Origin: Candidatus Hydrogenedentota bacterium
Lineage (GTDB): Bacteria; Hydrogenedentota; Hydrogenedentia; Hydrogenedentales; SLHB01
Direction of reading: 5' to 3'
NCBI GenBank assembly: GCA_029974275.1
Contig: JARKSN010000339.1
Span: 1 to 64,000, forward strand
DNA length: 64,000 nucleotides
The position numbers and the translations under genes are program-made. Shown here piece after piece: positions 49,075 through 59,562 of this stretch (the first letter of the stretch is position 1; each line of letters starts with the position of its first letter). The notes below the pieces were generated by a model. That model was not told the origin of the DNA and searched no databases. It worked only from the letters and a program-made list of their open reading frames with translations.

Positions 49075-52000
49075 TTATGCGCGCCGGCGCAGTCTATTTC
49101 TTCCGATCAGCAGGAGGACGAGTCCCGCCCCCAGAATGAGGGGCGTGGATGCGGATGGCAGAACGGTGGTCGGGCTGAGGGGGTCGGCGCCCAGCGTCAC
49201 CTCGAGCTTGTCCGAGTACCCGTCCCCGTCGGTGTCCCACAGGGCAGGATCCGTGTGGTAGACGTATATCTCGTCTTCATTGCTCAGTCCATCGCCGTCG
49301 GTATCCACGAAAAGATTCAGCGTTATTGTGATCGCGGCGGGGGTGGAGACGTTGGCCGCCTCATCGATCGCCGTCACGCTGAACGTGTTGGCCCCGGGGG
49401 TTAGCGTGCCCGAGTAGCTCCAGGTCGTCTGGCCGGCGACATGCGTGACGCCCGTCGCCGATCCGTTCACGTGGATCGCCGCCGTGTCTGCCGTGCAAGC
49501 GCCCTCTAGGAGCAGCTCGGTTGCGTCCGTGGCGTAATCGCTTCCGCCGTTTGTCGTGATGGTTGGCGTTTCGGGAGGCGTCGTATCGGCCAGCAGCGTG
49601 CCGTTGGCGCGTCCCGGCGAAGCGAAATCGCACAGCGGTCCGCCTAGGGTGCTGGGGCCTGTCGGAAAGCCAATCGCGACTTGGGCTTCTTCGAAGTTGT
49701 AGCGGTTTGATTCTGCCGAACCCCACGGGAATCGTTCGTCGACTTTTTCCAGGGAATAGCCGGCCGATGCCTTGTCGGGGTACTCCACGGTCAGCGATCC
49801 ATCGATGAGGATTCCGCCGGACGCGGCGTTGTATAGCGCGATATTGTCGCCGCCATTGTTCAGGCTTCCGGGATCCGTGCACAGGGCGTTGATGACGCGC
49901 ACGCTTTCGGGCATTTGCCACAGGGCGAAATCGGGGGAGTTCCATAGGTTCACGATGACGCGTTCGCCGGGTTGGATGACGGTCGAAGCGGGCAATACCG
50001 CTTGGCCCTCTCCCGTTGCGGGATATACATCGTCATCGGAAATGTACCAGCCGGACGCGTCGATAGGGCTGTTGGTCGTGTTGAGCAGTTCTATCCATTC
50101 GATATCGTTCGCCCCTCGGCAGTTGTACATGATTTCCGTGATCGAGATCGGCGGGGTTTGGTAGTGCGCTTGTGCCGTTTCGGGGGCGGGCATCACGGGA
50201 TTCAGGAGGGCGTCGCGCAGGCCGCTCACGGTTACCGTATAGAGGATGCCCGAACTCAGCCGCGACGCGAATTCCAACAGGACGCGCGTGTCGTCTCGCT
50301 TGAGGGATACGGCGATCGGGTTGCCCACTCCCTCGTCGACGCTGTAGTTCGTGACGATCAGCGCAGTGGCCGGGTCGAGCGCGCGATCGAAATCCAGCGC
50401 GATCAGGTCGCCGCGTCCGAATTCGGCGGCCAGCAGATGAGGCGGCTCTCCATCCAACGTGAAATTGGCGCTGACGGAAAGCGGCCCGTATGCGTGAAGG
50501 TGCGCGTTGCTCCGGAGGGATCGCCATCCGTCCAACCCGAAAAGACGTATCCGGTGTCGGGAATGGCCTCGAGCGTCAACGGCACGCCGGTGAAAAAGGT
50601 TCCGGTCATGGGATAGGACTCTGGCTCCAGGGTCTGAACCTTGACCCTCCCTCCGCCCGTCGGCGGCGCGGCGATTGTGACGTCGGCCCACCCCGTGACG
50701 TTGGGCATCAGGGCATGGTCGCGCACGTGTTGTCGCACGTACGGCGTGCGATCGCTGTTCCATGTCTTCATGGTGACAAGGGCTGTTTCCCAGGTGTCCA
50801 CGGTGTGGACCTGCTGCCACACCTGTTTTTCGAAGGGCATTGCCGAGCGGATATCCGCCGCCATTTCATCCGCCCGGGCGTTGATGTGCGATGGCGCGAG
50901 GATCGAGTTGAGCAAAATGTCCATGCGTTGGGCGAAGTAGTTCCGGTAATCCGGACTGCCCAGCAGTTGGCGCAACAAGTTGGTGAAGCGCATCCGCTGA
51001 TCGGTGCACCGCGCCATGGCGTTGTAATTGACCGCGCGCCCGTCGCCCCACACGTCCGCGCTGCCCGCTCCTCCCCCGCCATAGGCCGATTCGGTGTCCC
51101 AGTCGATGAAAATCCACTTGGCCCCCGCCGTGCGCTCGCGCGCGACAAAGGCGTTGTGGTGCGGCCAATCGCAGTTCCCGTTCCAAATGTTCAGGATCAT
51201 GTAGTTGGTGAAGTTCTCGATATCGATGTGGTTCTGAACCGCAGCGAGATAGGCGTTGCCGGTGAGCCCGCTGGGGTTGGCGTTCGTGCCGTTGGTGACG
51301 TATGCCGTCACGAAGGATTGCCATGCCGCGGCATCGCCCTCTTTCACCTCGTCCGCGCCATGCGGCAAGGGATCCTTGTCGTTGCCGGTCGCCCCAACAT
51401 CCGATATGCCGATCAAGTCCCAATCGGTCTTGCCGGTGTAATCCTTGAGCCAGTTGTCGTCGTAACGCTCGGTCGTATTGTAGAGACCCCATGGTTCGCC
51501 GTTGAGATAGACCATGCACCATGCGTCGTGTCCGGCGAGATCGCCCATTTCGCGTCGCAGAGCGCGCGTCAACGGGTCTCGGATGTAGCAGGCCAAGGTG
51601 GTCTGATTGTCGATGTTGGAGGGAAACTTGCTGTGCGACCATCCGTCGTTGTAGTTGCCTCGGAAGACGAGTTTGTCGAATCGCGCGACATCGGATGTCG
51701 CGAAGATCTTGTAATCGAGCTTGCCAGGGCCATATTCCGATCTAAAATAGAACCGGAATGATTTTTTCATCGTGTCATTCTGGCGTGAAGCGCCGCCGTG
51801 CATGCGCATTCCCGTGTCGGCTTGAAAGGCTTTGACGCCGCCGGTTTCCCAATAGGAGACATTTGCCAGGCGCTCGCCCATTCGATCGGTGGTGTTGAAA
51901 AAGCTCTGCCACTGCTGCTCCGAAAAGAAAAACGAATTCCAGTAAATGGCCGCTGCATGAACCTGGGATTGGCTGTTGGCGTACGGATTGCTCCGGTTCA

Positions 52001-52385
52001 ACGGAGTCAGCACGTTGTGCGGGTCTAGATCGCGCGGCGCCATCACGACCGACATGATGGGAATGGACGTATTCACGTTGATAAGGTAGGTGTCCGTGAC
52101 GACTTCGCCGACGGCCGTTCCCCCGGTAAAGGCGCCCGCTCGAATGACGGTTGTGGCGGAAACCGGTATGGGCGTTGTATACAACGCGCTGGTTGCGGTC
52201 GGAATGCTGCCATCGGTTGTGTAACGCACTTCGGAGCCTGCGCCGGAATTGGCGATGGAGACGGAAACCGACGAGGGGTGAGGGCCCCCAAGGGGAGAGA
52301 CTGTAAGGTCTGCGGCATGCCCCAGAAAGGAGAGGACGCCCACGAACCACACAAAAGCTATGCTGCGCACCGCATTCCTCATCAT
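49075..52385 (-). pseudogene. CotH-kinase surface protein (signal peptide, FN3-like, CotH, Ig-like, lamin-tail domain, DTDGDG repeats, C-terminal anchor) split by one frameshift near 50485
   Basis: 5' ORF 50403-52385: VRYTTDGSIPT, RMHGGASR, KKSFRFYF, YLNGEPWGLY, NCDWPHHN, WIFIDWDTE. 3' frame to 49075: ITEIMYN...EWIELLN (LTD), DTDGDGLSN, TM + RRRA. One extra base at ACGGGCCG would join them. May be a sequencing error. Confidence 0.75.
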
Positions 52386-52597
52386 CTCACTTCTCCTGTC
52401 CCTTTGGTTTGGGAAATGGACAACCGTCCGTCGCATGCATGCGAATGGGGTCGGTTGGCGTTGGCTCCCCGCTTAGTTTTGTGGGGCATTATAGTTCGCG
52501 CGCCGTAGGGTTTTTGGGTGGGCTGCGCCGTAGTGCACACTATCTCTTCTCGGACATGCCCATCGCCGGACACCCTCGCCTCTACCTCGTGTGGCTC

Positions 52598-52626
52598 AGT
52601 ATGACACAACGAAAGGCTTTTGGCAA
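52598..52626 (-). promoter_or_regulatory. Putative sigma70 promoter of the CotH-VTC operon
   Basis: TTGCCA-17 nt-CATACT with TGn extension; AT-rich tract upstream (52670-52730). Confidence 0.55.
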
Positions 52627-52923
52627 ACAAAACCGCCTGTTTTGGAGGATGCGTCGAATCCAGAATTCCAGTGAATAACGATAAAATATTATATAGTCAG
52701 AATGTTTTTATTATAAATAGCATTTTTGAATGGGCTGAGACTTTTATCCAAGAGGGGGAATCGCATGCGCGCCTGGACACTGGTTACAGGTTCAAGATCG
52801 GCGTGGATCGTGGCGTTCAGTGATTTGGGATTTTGTGACACATGCCAATCGATCCGCCCTGAGCCTGTGTTGTGGCGGCATACGTCAGTCCCCTGCAGGG
52901 CTTCACGTTTGGCGATGGGGAAG

Positions 52924-53328
52924 TCACTTGCGCTTTTTGCTGCGCCCGGCTCCCCGCCCCGTCTTCTTGGTTTTTTCGGAAGCCGCTTTCTCTTTGGGGG
53001 CCATTTCCTGCTGCGGATATTGTTCGAAGGAATCGGCTTTGGAGAGAATCTTGATGGCCGTTCGCTTGCCGCCTTCCATGGGACGCGTGAACGGCCATGG
53101 CTTGGTCAGCAGATCGAAGGCCTGGCGGATTCGCAAGATTTGGGTTTGGAAACTTTTTTTGTCCGAGGGCTCATACACCAAAAACTGCCCCGGCTTCGTG
53201 CCTTTGACTTGTTCCATGATCTCGGCAACGTGCGGGTTCAGGCGTTTTGCCTTGCCCGCGTCGGCGGTTTTGCGGGGAACCAGTCCTAGTTCGTCCGCCT
53301 CTTTTTTAGTAAGCACTCGAATGGCCAT
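52924..53328 (-). CDS. Small Lys-rich hypothetical protein, possibly DNA-binding
   Basis: CAGGAG RBS; 134 aa; basic C-terminal tail KTKKTGRGAGRSKKRK; upstream TTGACT-18-TACGAT (53381-53410). Confidence 0.65.
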   Translation of the reverse strand: MAIRVLTKKEADELGLVPRKTADAGKAKRLNPHVAEIMEQVKGTKPGQFLVYEPSDKKSFQTQILRIRQAFDLLTKPWPFTRPMEGGKRTAIKILSKADSFEQYPQQEMAPKEKAASEKTKKTGRGAGRSKKRK

Positions 53329-53511
53329 ATTAGCGCTCCTGTTAAACAAACGTTAGAAAACCCATTTTGATCCGGCCATCATCGTACATACTTCATGAAG
53401 AAGGAGTCAACCTTCTCGCTGCGGTTTTTCTATGAGGAAACCCCTCATGTTCGTGCTAGATGATTATGACATCCTTATAATGCCGGCGCCTATCGGCCTT
53501 TCTTGCGGCGC

Positions 53512-53540
53512 TTGACATGGCCGTCTCGGCCCATTAGGAT
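53512..53540 (+). promoter_or_regulatory. sigma70 promoter of the pcrA-pheA-cyclophilin operon
   Basis: TTGACA-17 nt-TAGGAT. Confidence 0.7.
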
Positions 53541-53608
53541 AGCGTTTCTCGCCGCCCGGCGCGGCGAACGCAGGAATCGCCGCCACACACAGGACTTCCA
53601 TTCTTCCT

Positions 53609-55771
53609 ATGCATCTAAATGAAGCGCAACGGCTTGCGGTGACTCAAGGAGACGGTCCGGCGCTGGTCCTGGCAGGCGCGGGGTCCGGCAAGACGCGGGT
53701 CATTGTTGAGCGGCTGGCCTACCTCGTGAGCGAGCGCGGCGTCGACCCGCGCAATCTGCTCGCGTTGACCTTCACGAACCGCGCCGCGAACGAGATGAAG
53801 GCGCGCACGGCGTCCCGTCTTGGCGTCCAACGGCTTGGGGCGTGGGTGGGCACGTTCCATTCGTTTGGGTTGTACATTTTACGACGCGAGATAGATAAGA
53901 TCGGACGTTCGAGCGCGTTCACGATTTTTGATGATTCTGATCAGGTAAGCCTCATGAAGAGGCTCATCAAGGATTTGCCGTCGGGCAGTCCCAAGCTGTT
54001 GCCTCGAAGGGCCATGAGCTGGATCAGCCGCCTGAAACAAGACCTCCAGGTTCCGGATGCCGCAGGTGTTCCTGCCGAGCCGGACGAGGAGGCGTTGCGG
54101 CTGTTGTGGCAGAAATATCACGAGGCGCTCGCGCGCGCCAATGCGGTGGATTATGATGATCTGCTGGTCCTGGCGGCGCGGCTGTTTCTGGACTTTCCGG
54201 ATGTCCGCGATCGCTATGCGCGCCGGTATCGTTATGTTCACGTCGATGAGTACCAGGACACCAACCATGCGCAGTACGTCATGGCGCAGCGCCTCAGCGA
54301 ACCGCACAAGAATCTCTTTGTCGTCGGCGACGAGGACCAGAGCATTTATTCTTGGCGGGGCGCGAACATTGCCAATATCCTGAACTTTGAAAAAGACTTT
54401 CCCGACGCGCGCGTTTTTCGTCTTGAGCAAAATTATCGCAGCGCGAAGCCGATCCTCGATGCCGCCAATGCACTGGTTGCGAACAATCTGAATCGTCTTG
54501 GCAAGACGTTGTGGACGGCGCAGGAGGGGGGCGATCCGGTCCGGTTTTATCGCGCGGATGACGATCGGGACGAGGCGCGGTTCGTGGTTGACGAGATTTT
54601 CCAGCGCCGTGAAAGCGACGGATCCGTGGCGGTGCTTTTCCGGACGAACGGGCAGTCGCGATTGTTCGAAGAGGCCCTGCGCCGTAAAGCGCTGCCGTAT
54701 GTTCTCATTGGGGGCACGCAATTTTACAGCCGCAAGGAGGTGAAGGACATCCTCGCGTACCTGCGGCTACTCATCAATCCCAACGACGATGAGGCCCTGC
54801 GCCGCATCATCAATGTGCCCGCGCGGGGGATCGGCGGCGTCACAATGGATCGCCTGGAAGAATATGCCCGCACGCGTTCCCTGCCCCTGTCTCAGGTCTT
54901 GCGCGAGGTCGAACACGACCAGACCTTCTCGGCGCGAGTACGCGAAGGGTTGGGCGCGTTTGTGCATATGATCGACGAATTGGCGCTGTTTTCGCGCGAG
55001 GCGACCGTGGAAGACCTGGCCGTCCGTTTACTTGACGCGACGGGGTATCGCGAATACGTCCAGGAAACCGACGAACGCGATTTTCGGGATCGCCTTGAGA
55101 TCGTGGACGAATTTGTGTCCGCCTGTGCGCAGCACGACAATGTCCGCGGCGAAGGCAATGGGGGGCTTGCCGATTTTTTGCAGGAACTGGCGCTGTATTC
55201 GGACCTGGATGCCTATGACCCGGAGAAGCCGTTGGTCACGTTGATTACCTGTCATGCCGCCAAGGGCCTTGAGTTCGACGAAGTTTTCCTGGTAGGTTTG
55301 GAGCAGGGCTTGTTGCCGCATGCGAGCGCGTTTCACAGCGAGAGTGAAATCGAGGAAGAGCGGCGGCTGTGTTATGTCGCGATGACGCGTGCGCGCAAAC
55401 GCCTGACTCTCGTGGCGGCCCGGGAACGGATGGCGTTTGGCGAGACGAGGGCGGCGGAGGAATCGCAGTTTCTTTCCGAAATGCCTTTGGGGCGGATCGC
55501 GCGCGTGAACGATGCGTTTGCGGAGCCCGCTCCGCGCCCGTCGTTTGAAACGCGCCGGCGCAGGGCAGACGCCTTCGCCGCCGCTCCGCGCGCCGAGGCC
55601 GGCGCCATCAGGATGGGGACGCGCGTCCGTCATGCCTCGTTCGGACGGGGCACGGTGATGTATGTGAAGGGCGATGGGGCGAAATGCAAGGCGCATATCC
55701 GCTTCGATTCGGGCCGGTCGCGCGATATCATGGTGGCCATGGCTCCGCTGACGATTGTGGAAGGGGAATAG
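53609..55771 (+). CDS. pcrA: UvrD/PcrA ATP-dependent DNA helicase
   Basis: AGAGSGKT, TFTNRAA, VDEYQDTN, VGDEDQSIYSWRGA, LEQNYRS, HAAKGLEF, EEERRLCYVAMTRA, C-terminal Tudor-like domain. Confidence 0.95.
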   Translation: MHLNEAQRLAVTQGDGPALVLAGAGSGKTRVIVERLAYLVSERGVDPRNLLALTFTNRAANEMKARTASRLGVQRLGAWVGTFHSFGLYILRREIDKIGRSSAFTIFDDSDQVSLMKRLIKDLPSGSPKLLPRRAMSWISRLKQDLQVPDAAGVPAEPDEEALRLLWQKYHEALARANAVDYDDLLVLAARLFLDFPDVRDRYARRYRYVHVDEYQDTNHAQYVMAQRLSEPHKNLFVVGDEDQSIYSWRGANIANILNFEKDFPDARVFRLEQNYRSAKPILDAANALVANNLNRLGKTLWTAQEGGDPVRFYRADDDRDEARFVVDEIFQRRESDGSVAVLFRTNGQSRLFEEALRRKALPYVLIGGTQFYSRKEVKDILAYLRLLINPNDDEALRRIINVPARGIGGVTMDRLEEYARTRSLPLSQVLREVEHDQTFSARVREGLGAFVHMIDELALFSREATVEDLAVRLLDATGYREYVQETDERDFRDRLEIVDEFVSACAQHDNVRGEGNGGLADFLQELALYSDLDAYDPEKPLVTLITCHAAKGLEFDEVFLVGLEQGLLPHASAFHSESEIEEERRLCYVAMTRARKRLTLVAARERMAFGETRAAEESQFLSEMPLGRIARVNDAFAEPAPRPSFETRRRRADAFAAAPRAEAGAIRMGTRVRHASFGRGTVMYVKGDGAKCKAHIRFDSGRSRDIMVAMAPLTIVEGE

Positions 55772-55775
55772 AACG

Positions 55776-56846
55776 GTGACGCTCGACGAACTTCGCGCGA
55801 AGATCGATGTGGTCGATCAGGAAATTCTCCGTTTGCTCAACGAACGCGCTCAATGCGCGCTCGATATCGGCGCCATAAAACGCGGCGGCGACTCCGTGTT
55901 CTATGTCCCGGAGCGCGAGAAGGAGGTCTATGACAAGCTTCGCAGCGCCAATCCCGGCCCGTTGCCTGATGCGGCGATCAAGACGATTTATCGCGAGATC
56001 ATCAGCGCGGTGCGGGCGCTGGAGAAGCCGTTAGATATTGCTTTTTTGGGGCCGAAGGACACGTTTAGCCACATGGCCGCGTTGCGCTTGTTCGGCACGC
56101 ATGCCGCGTACCACCCGCTGCCGGCCGTGGAGGACATATTCACGGAAGTGGAGCGCCGGCGCGTGGATTACGGCATCGTGCCTGTCGAGACTTCGATGGG
56201 CGGCGGCGTTAGCGACACGCTCGACCGCTTCCTGTCCTCCGATCTCAAGATCATCAACGAGGTGATGCTGCACGTCACGCAGAACCTTCTTTCGAATAGC
56301 CGTTTCGAGGATGTCGTCAAGGTGTATTCGAAGGCGCAACCCTTTGTGCAATGCCGGAATTGGCTCAAGGCGAACCTGCCCAACGCGGAGCTTATCGAAA
56401 CGTCGAGTACGGCGTCCGCGGCGCAAACCGCCGCAAACGAGCCGGGGGCCGCAGCCATTGCCAGCGCGCTCGCGGCCAAGACGTACGGGGTGAATGTCTT
56501 GGTGTCGGGCATCGAGGATGCGCCGCACAATTTCACGCGTTTCTTCGTGGTTGGACGTCAACTGGCCAAGCCTACCGGCAACGACAAGACCTCCATCCTT
56601 TGCGCCATCAAGGACCGGCCCGGCGCGCTGTATCATTTGCTGACCCCTTTGGCCGAGGCGGGCATCAGCTTGACGCGCATCGAGTCGCGGCCGTCCCAGA
56701 AGAAGGCATGGGAATATGTATTCTTCATCGACATGCTCGGTCACGTCGATGATTTCCATATCAAGGGGGCCCTCGAAAAAGTGGCCTCGTATTGCAAGGA
56801 ATTGAAGGTATTGGGCTCGTTTCCGCACGGCGAGTTGGAGGAATAG
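55776..56846 (+). CDS. pheA: Chorismate mutase / prephenate dehydratase (P-protein)
   Basis: LDELRAKIDVVD CM domain, FLGPKDTFS, NFTRF, LTRIESRP ACT domain. Confidence 0.95.
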   Translation: MTLDELRAKIDVVDQEILRLLNERAQCALDIGAIKRGGDSVFYVPEREKEVYDKLRSANPGPLPDAAIKTIYREIISAVRALEKPLDIAFLGPKDTFSHMAALRLFGTHAAYHPLPAVEDIFTEVERRRVDYGIVPVETSMGGGVSDTLDRFLSSDLKIINEVMLHVTQNLLSNSRFEDVVKVYSKAQPFVQCRNWLKANLPNAELIETSSTASAAQTAANEPGAAAIASALAAKTYGVNVLVSGIEDAPHNFTRFFVVGRQLAKPTGNDKTSILCAIKDRPGALYHLLTPLAEAGISLTRIESRPSQKKAWEYVFFIDMLGHVDDFHIKGALEKVASYCKELKVLGSFPHGELEE

Positions 56847-56885
56847 CCGGCGCGTCGTGCGGCGCGAGGCGAATGAGGAGAAGAG

Positions 56886-57707
56886 ATGAACAAGAAAGCG
56901 CTCATGATTGTTGTGTTGGCTGTGGGCTTGGCCGCCATTGCGGGCGTGCATCAATTCAGGGCGGACCGTCTTACAAAGGGCAAGCTGGCCGAGATTTCCG
57001 TTGCGGAAAAACGTCTCAGCGAGGCGGATGCCGCGGCGGAGAAAGCGGCGGAGGCGGCCGTCAGCGCCGCTCCGAGCGAATCTGTTTCCGCCGTTCCGCC
57101 GCCGCCGCCCGTTTCGCCTCCGCCCGCGCCTCCGGCGGCCTCTTCGGCGGCGACGCCGGCCTCTTCGGAGACAGGGGAGGGGGGGATTCCGGAGGTTTTC
57201 AAGGTGCGGTTCGACTGTTCGAGCGGCGCCTTCGTGGTCGAGTGTCATCGGGACTGGGCGCCCCGGGGCGTCGAGCAGTTCTACAAGCTGGTGACGTCGG
57301 GTTATTACGACGGCAACCGTTTCTTCCGCGTCGCCGACAATCCAGCGATCGTTCAATTCGGTCTCAACGGCGATCCGGAAGTCACGGCGAAGTGGCGTTT
57401 TTCTCGCGTCATGGACGATCCGGTGAAGCAGTCCAACGTGCGCGGAACGATCTGTTTCGCCGCGACGCGCATGCCGAATTCGCGCACCACGCAGTTGTTC
57501 ATCAATCGCGGCGACAACTCGCCGTTGGATCGCATGGGATTTGCGGTGTTCGGCAAGGTGATCAGCGGGATGGATGCGGTCGATGCGATCACGGACGAGT
57601 ATGGCGAGAGACCCGATCAGGGCGCCATCAACACGCAGGGCAATGCTTACTTGGAGCAGCATTTCCCTCGTCTTGATTATGTGAAAAAGGCCGAGATCGT
57701 GCCCTGA
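56886..57707 (+). CDS. Exported cyclophilin-type peptidyl-prolyl isomerase
   Basis: N-terminal TM, Ala/Pro linker, WAPRGVEQF, RFFRV, NSRTTQLFIN, FAVFGKVISGMDAVD. Confidence 0.9.
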   Translation: MNKKALMIVVLAVGLAAIAGVHQFRADRLTKGKLAEISVAEKRLSEADAAAEKAAEAAVSAAPSESVSAVPPPPPVSPPPAPPAASSAATPASSETGEGGIPEVFKVRFDCSSGAFVVECHRDWAPRGVEQFYKLVTSGYYDGNRFFRVADNPAIVQFGLNGDPEVTAKWRFSRVMDDPVKQSNVRGTICFAATRMPNSRTTQLFINRGDNSPLDRMGFAVFGKVISGMDAVDAITDEYGERPDQGAINTQGNAYLEQHFPRLDYVKKAEIVP

Positions 57708-57735
57708 ACGATCGTGAAAGCAAAGGAGCATACAC

Positions 57736-58284
57736 GTGACAGAGGCCAACAAGCCGGGCGTTCCGGAGACGTTTCAAGCGCAGTTTACATGCACCAACGG
57801 TGTTTTCGTCGTGGAGTGCGAGCGGGGATGGGCGCCGAATGGCGTTGATCGTTTTCATGAGTTGGTGACGTCGGGTTTTTACGACGAGAACCGTTTTTTC
57901 CGCGTGGTGAGGAGTCCCAAGCCGTTCGTGATCCAATTTGGCATCAATGGCAATCCTGGCGTCATGCAGCGATGGCGCGCGGCGGCCATTGCGGACGATC
58001 CCGTGCGGCAGTCGAATGCCCGCGGGACGGTGTGTTTCGCCGCGACCAACGCGCCAAACAGCCGGACCACGCAGATATTCATCAATCTCGGCGACAACCG
58101 ATTCCTGGATGATATGCGCTTTGCGGCGTTTGGAAGGGTTGTTTGCGGGATGGATGTCGTCGACGCGATCAATGGCGAGTATGGCGAGCAGCCGGACCAA
58201 AGCGCCATCCAGCGGTTGGGGAACGCATATCTGGAAGAGCGGTTTCCGAATCTCGACTACGTCAAGAAGGCGGAAATCATCTGA
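57736..58284 (+). CDS. Cytoplasmic cyclophilin-type peptidyl-prolyl isomerase
   Basis: AAGGAG RBS, GTG start; WAPNGVDRF, NSRTTQIFIN, FAAFGRVVCGMDVVD. Confidence 0.9.
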   Translation: MTEANKPGVPETFQAQFTCTNGVFVVECERGWAPNGVDRFHELVTSGFYDENRFFRVVRSPKPFVIQFGINGNPGVMQRWRAAAIADDPVRQSNARGTVCFAATNAPNSRTTQIFINLGDNRFLDDMRFAAFGRVVCGMDVVDAINGEYGEQPDQSAIQRLGNAYLEERFPNLDYVKKAEII

Positions 58285-59560
58285 TATCCGGCGTCGTCAT
58301 GACGTCCCCCGGTGAAGACGAAGCCGTCTTGGCGGGCGGAGGCGCTTCGGAGCCAGCGGGGGGAGCGGCGTTGTTTTCGTGTTCCTCGGCCGGTTTTTGA
58401 TCGGCGGCGGGTTTCTTTTTCGATACGCGGGGGCCTCCTTGCCCGCGCGTTTTTTTCGCGGGCGTTTTGATCCGGCTTCGGTTTCTTGCCTCTGCGCGCG
58501 GCGGCTGGATGGGATGCGCCGCGATCCATGCGACGATGGGTTCGAAGACCTCTTTGCGCCCCGCGCGGCTCATGGTCAAGTCCACGTGGTTGTAATCGGC
58601 TGCGTGGCCATAACGCTTTCCCAGGACAAGCAGGCGCTTGTCGGGGTTGGAGATCGCCTCGAAAAAGGCCTCCGCGCGCGACGTCGGGATGAAGCTGTCG
58701 TTTGCGCCGAAGATAGCGAAAAGCGGCGTTTCCAGCGCATCGAGTCGTCCTGCGACGTCCACCGCGCCCCGGTCCATGATCCAGTTTTTGGTGGCGGCGA
58801 TGGTGGCGAGGTCATGCGCGACATGGGGGGGCGTGATCTCGAGCAGATGAAAGAAGGCGGCTGTGTCCATGCGCGGGTGAACGTTTTCCCAGTTGATGGG
58901 CAGCACGCCGAACCTTGGCTTTGAAAACTTCAACAAGGGGCTGCCCGCCCGCGCCACGGCTTCCACAAGAGCACGCGACGATCGCAGCATCGCTAGCGTT
59001 ACGGCGGGGTAGCGGAAGTTGACGCCCTGGAATCCTGGAGGGGCGCCCAGGGTCGTGCCGCTGGCAAGGGCCTCGGCGCCGTAGGTGAGGTCAAATGCAT
59101 ACAACAGCATTCCGCCCATGGAATGGCCCACCCAATGGATTTTCCCGTATCCGGTGGCGTTGCGGATGAAGTCCACGACGGCAGGCAAGTCTTGCAAGAG
59201 GTAATCGTCGAATTCGGGATCGTTGCGCGTTCGGCCAAAAGGCGGTTCTGAACTCCGATACCCGCGCAGTTCGACCATCCAACAGTCATACCCGGCCTCG
59301 ACGAGCGTCGTCATCAGCGACGCGCCGCGCGGAAACTGAAAGTTGAAGCGGTTGGACCCGGCGCTGTGACACAAAAGAACCGGCTCGCCTTCTCCGCCCG
59401 CGGGGCGCTTGCGATAGAGCCGAATTTTCCAGAGGTCCGGCGTCGTCACGACATAGATTTCATCTTCTTCGATCGGTTCCGGGTAGCGCGTCAACAGCAC
59501 GACCCAGTACCCGTACGCCAACAAGGCCAGTCCGCCGATGATAAATGCCGCGGTAAGCAT
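58277..59560 (-). CDS. Membrane-anchored alpha/beta hydrolase (lipase/PHA synthase-like)
   Basis: WVGHSMGG nucleophile elbow, GANDSF, YNHVDL; low-complexity tail. Confidence 0.85.
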   Translation of the reverse strand: MLTAAFIIGGLALLAYGYWVVLLTRYPEPIEEDEIYVVTTPDLWKIRLYRKRPAGGEGEPVLLCHSAGSNRFNFQFPRGASLMTTLVEAGYDCWMVELRGYRSSEPPFGRTRNDPEFDDYLLQDLPAVVDFIRNATGYGKIHWVGHSMGGMLLYAFDLTYGAEALASGTTLGAPPGFQGVNFRYPAVTLAMLRSSRALVEAVARAGSPLLKFSKPRFGVLPINWENVHPRMDTAAFFHLLEITPPHVAHDLATIAATKNWIMDRGAVDVAGRLDALETPLFAIFGANDSFIPTSRAEAFFEAISNPDKRLLVLGKRYGHAADYNHVDLTMSRAGRKEVFEPIVAWIAAHPIQPPRAEARNRSRIKTPAKKTRGQGGPRVSKKKPAADQKPAEEHENNAAPPAGSEAPPPAKTASSSPGDVMTTPDIR

Positions 59561-59562
59561 CG

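Noticed and set aside
52386..52597. Riboswitch in the CotH operon leader
   Set aside because: Only a short hairpin and a CTACGGCGC duplication; no recognisable aptamer consensus.
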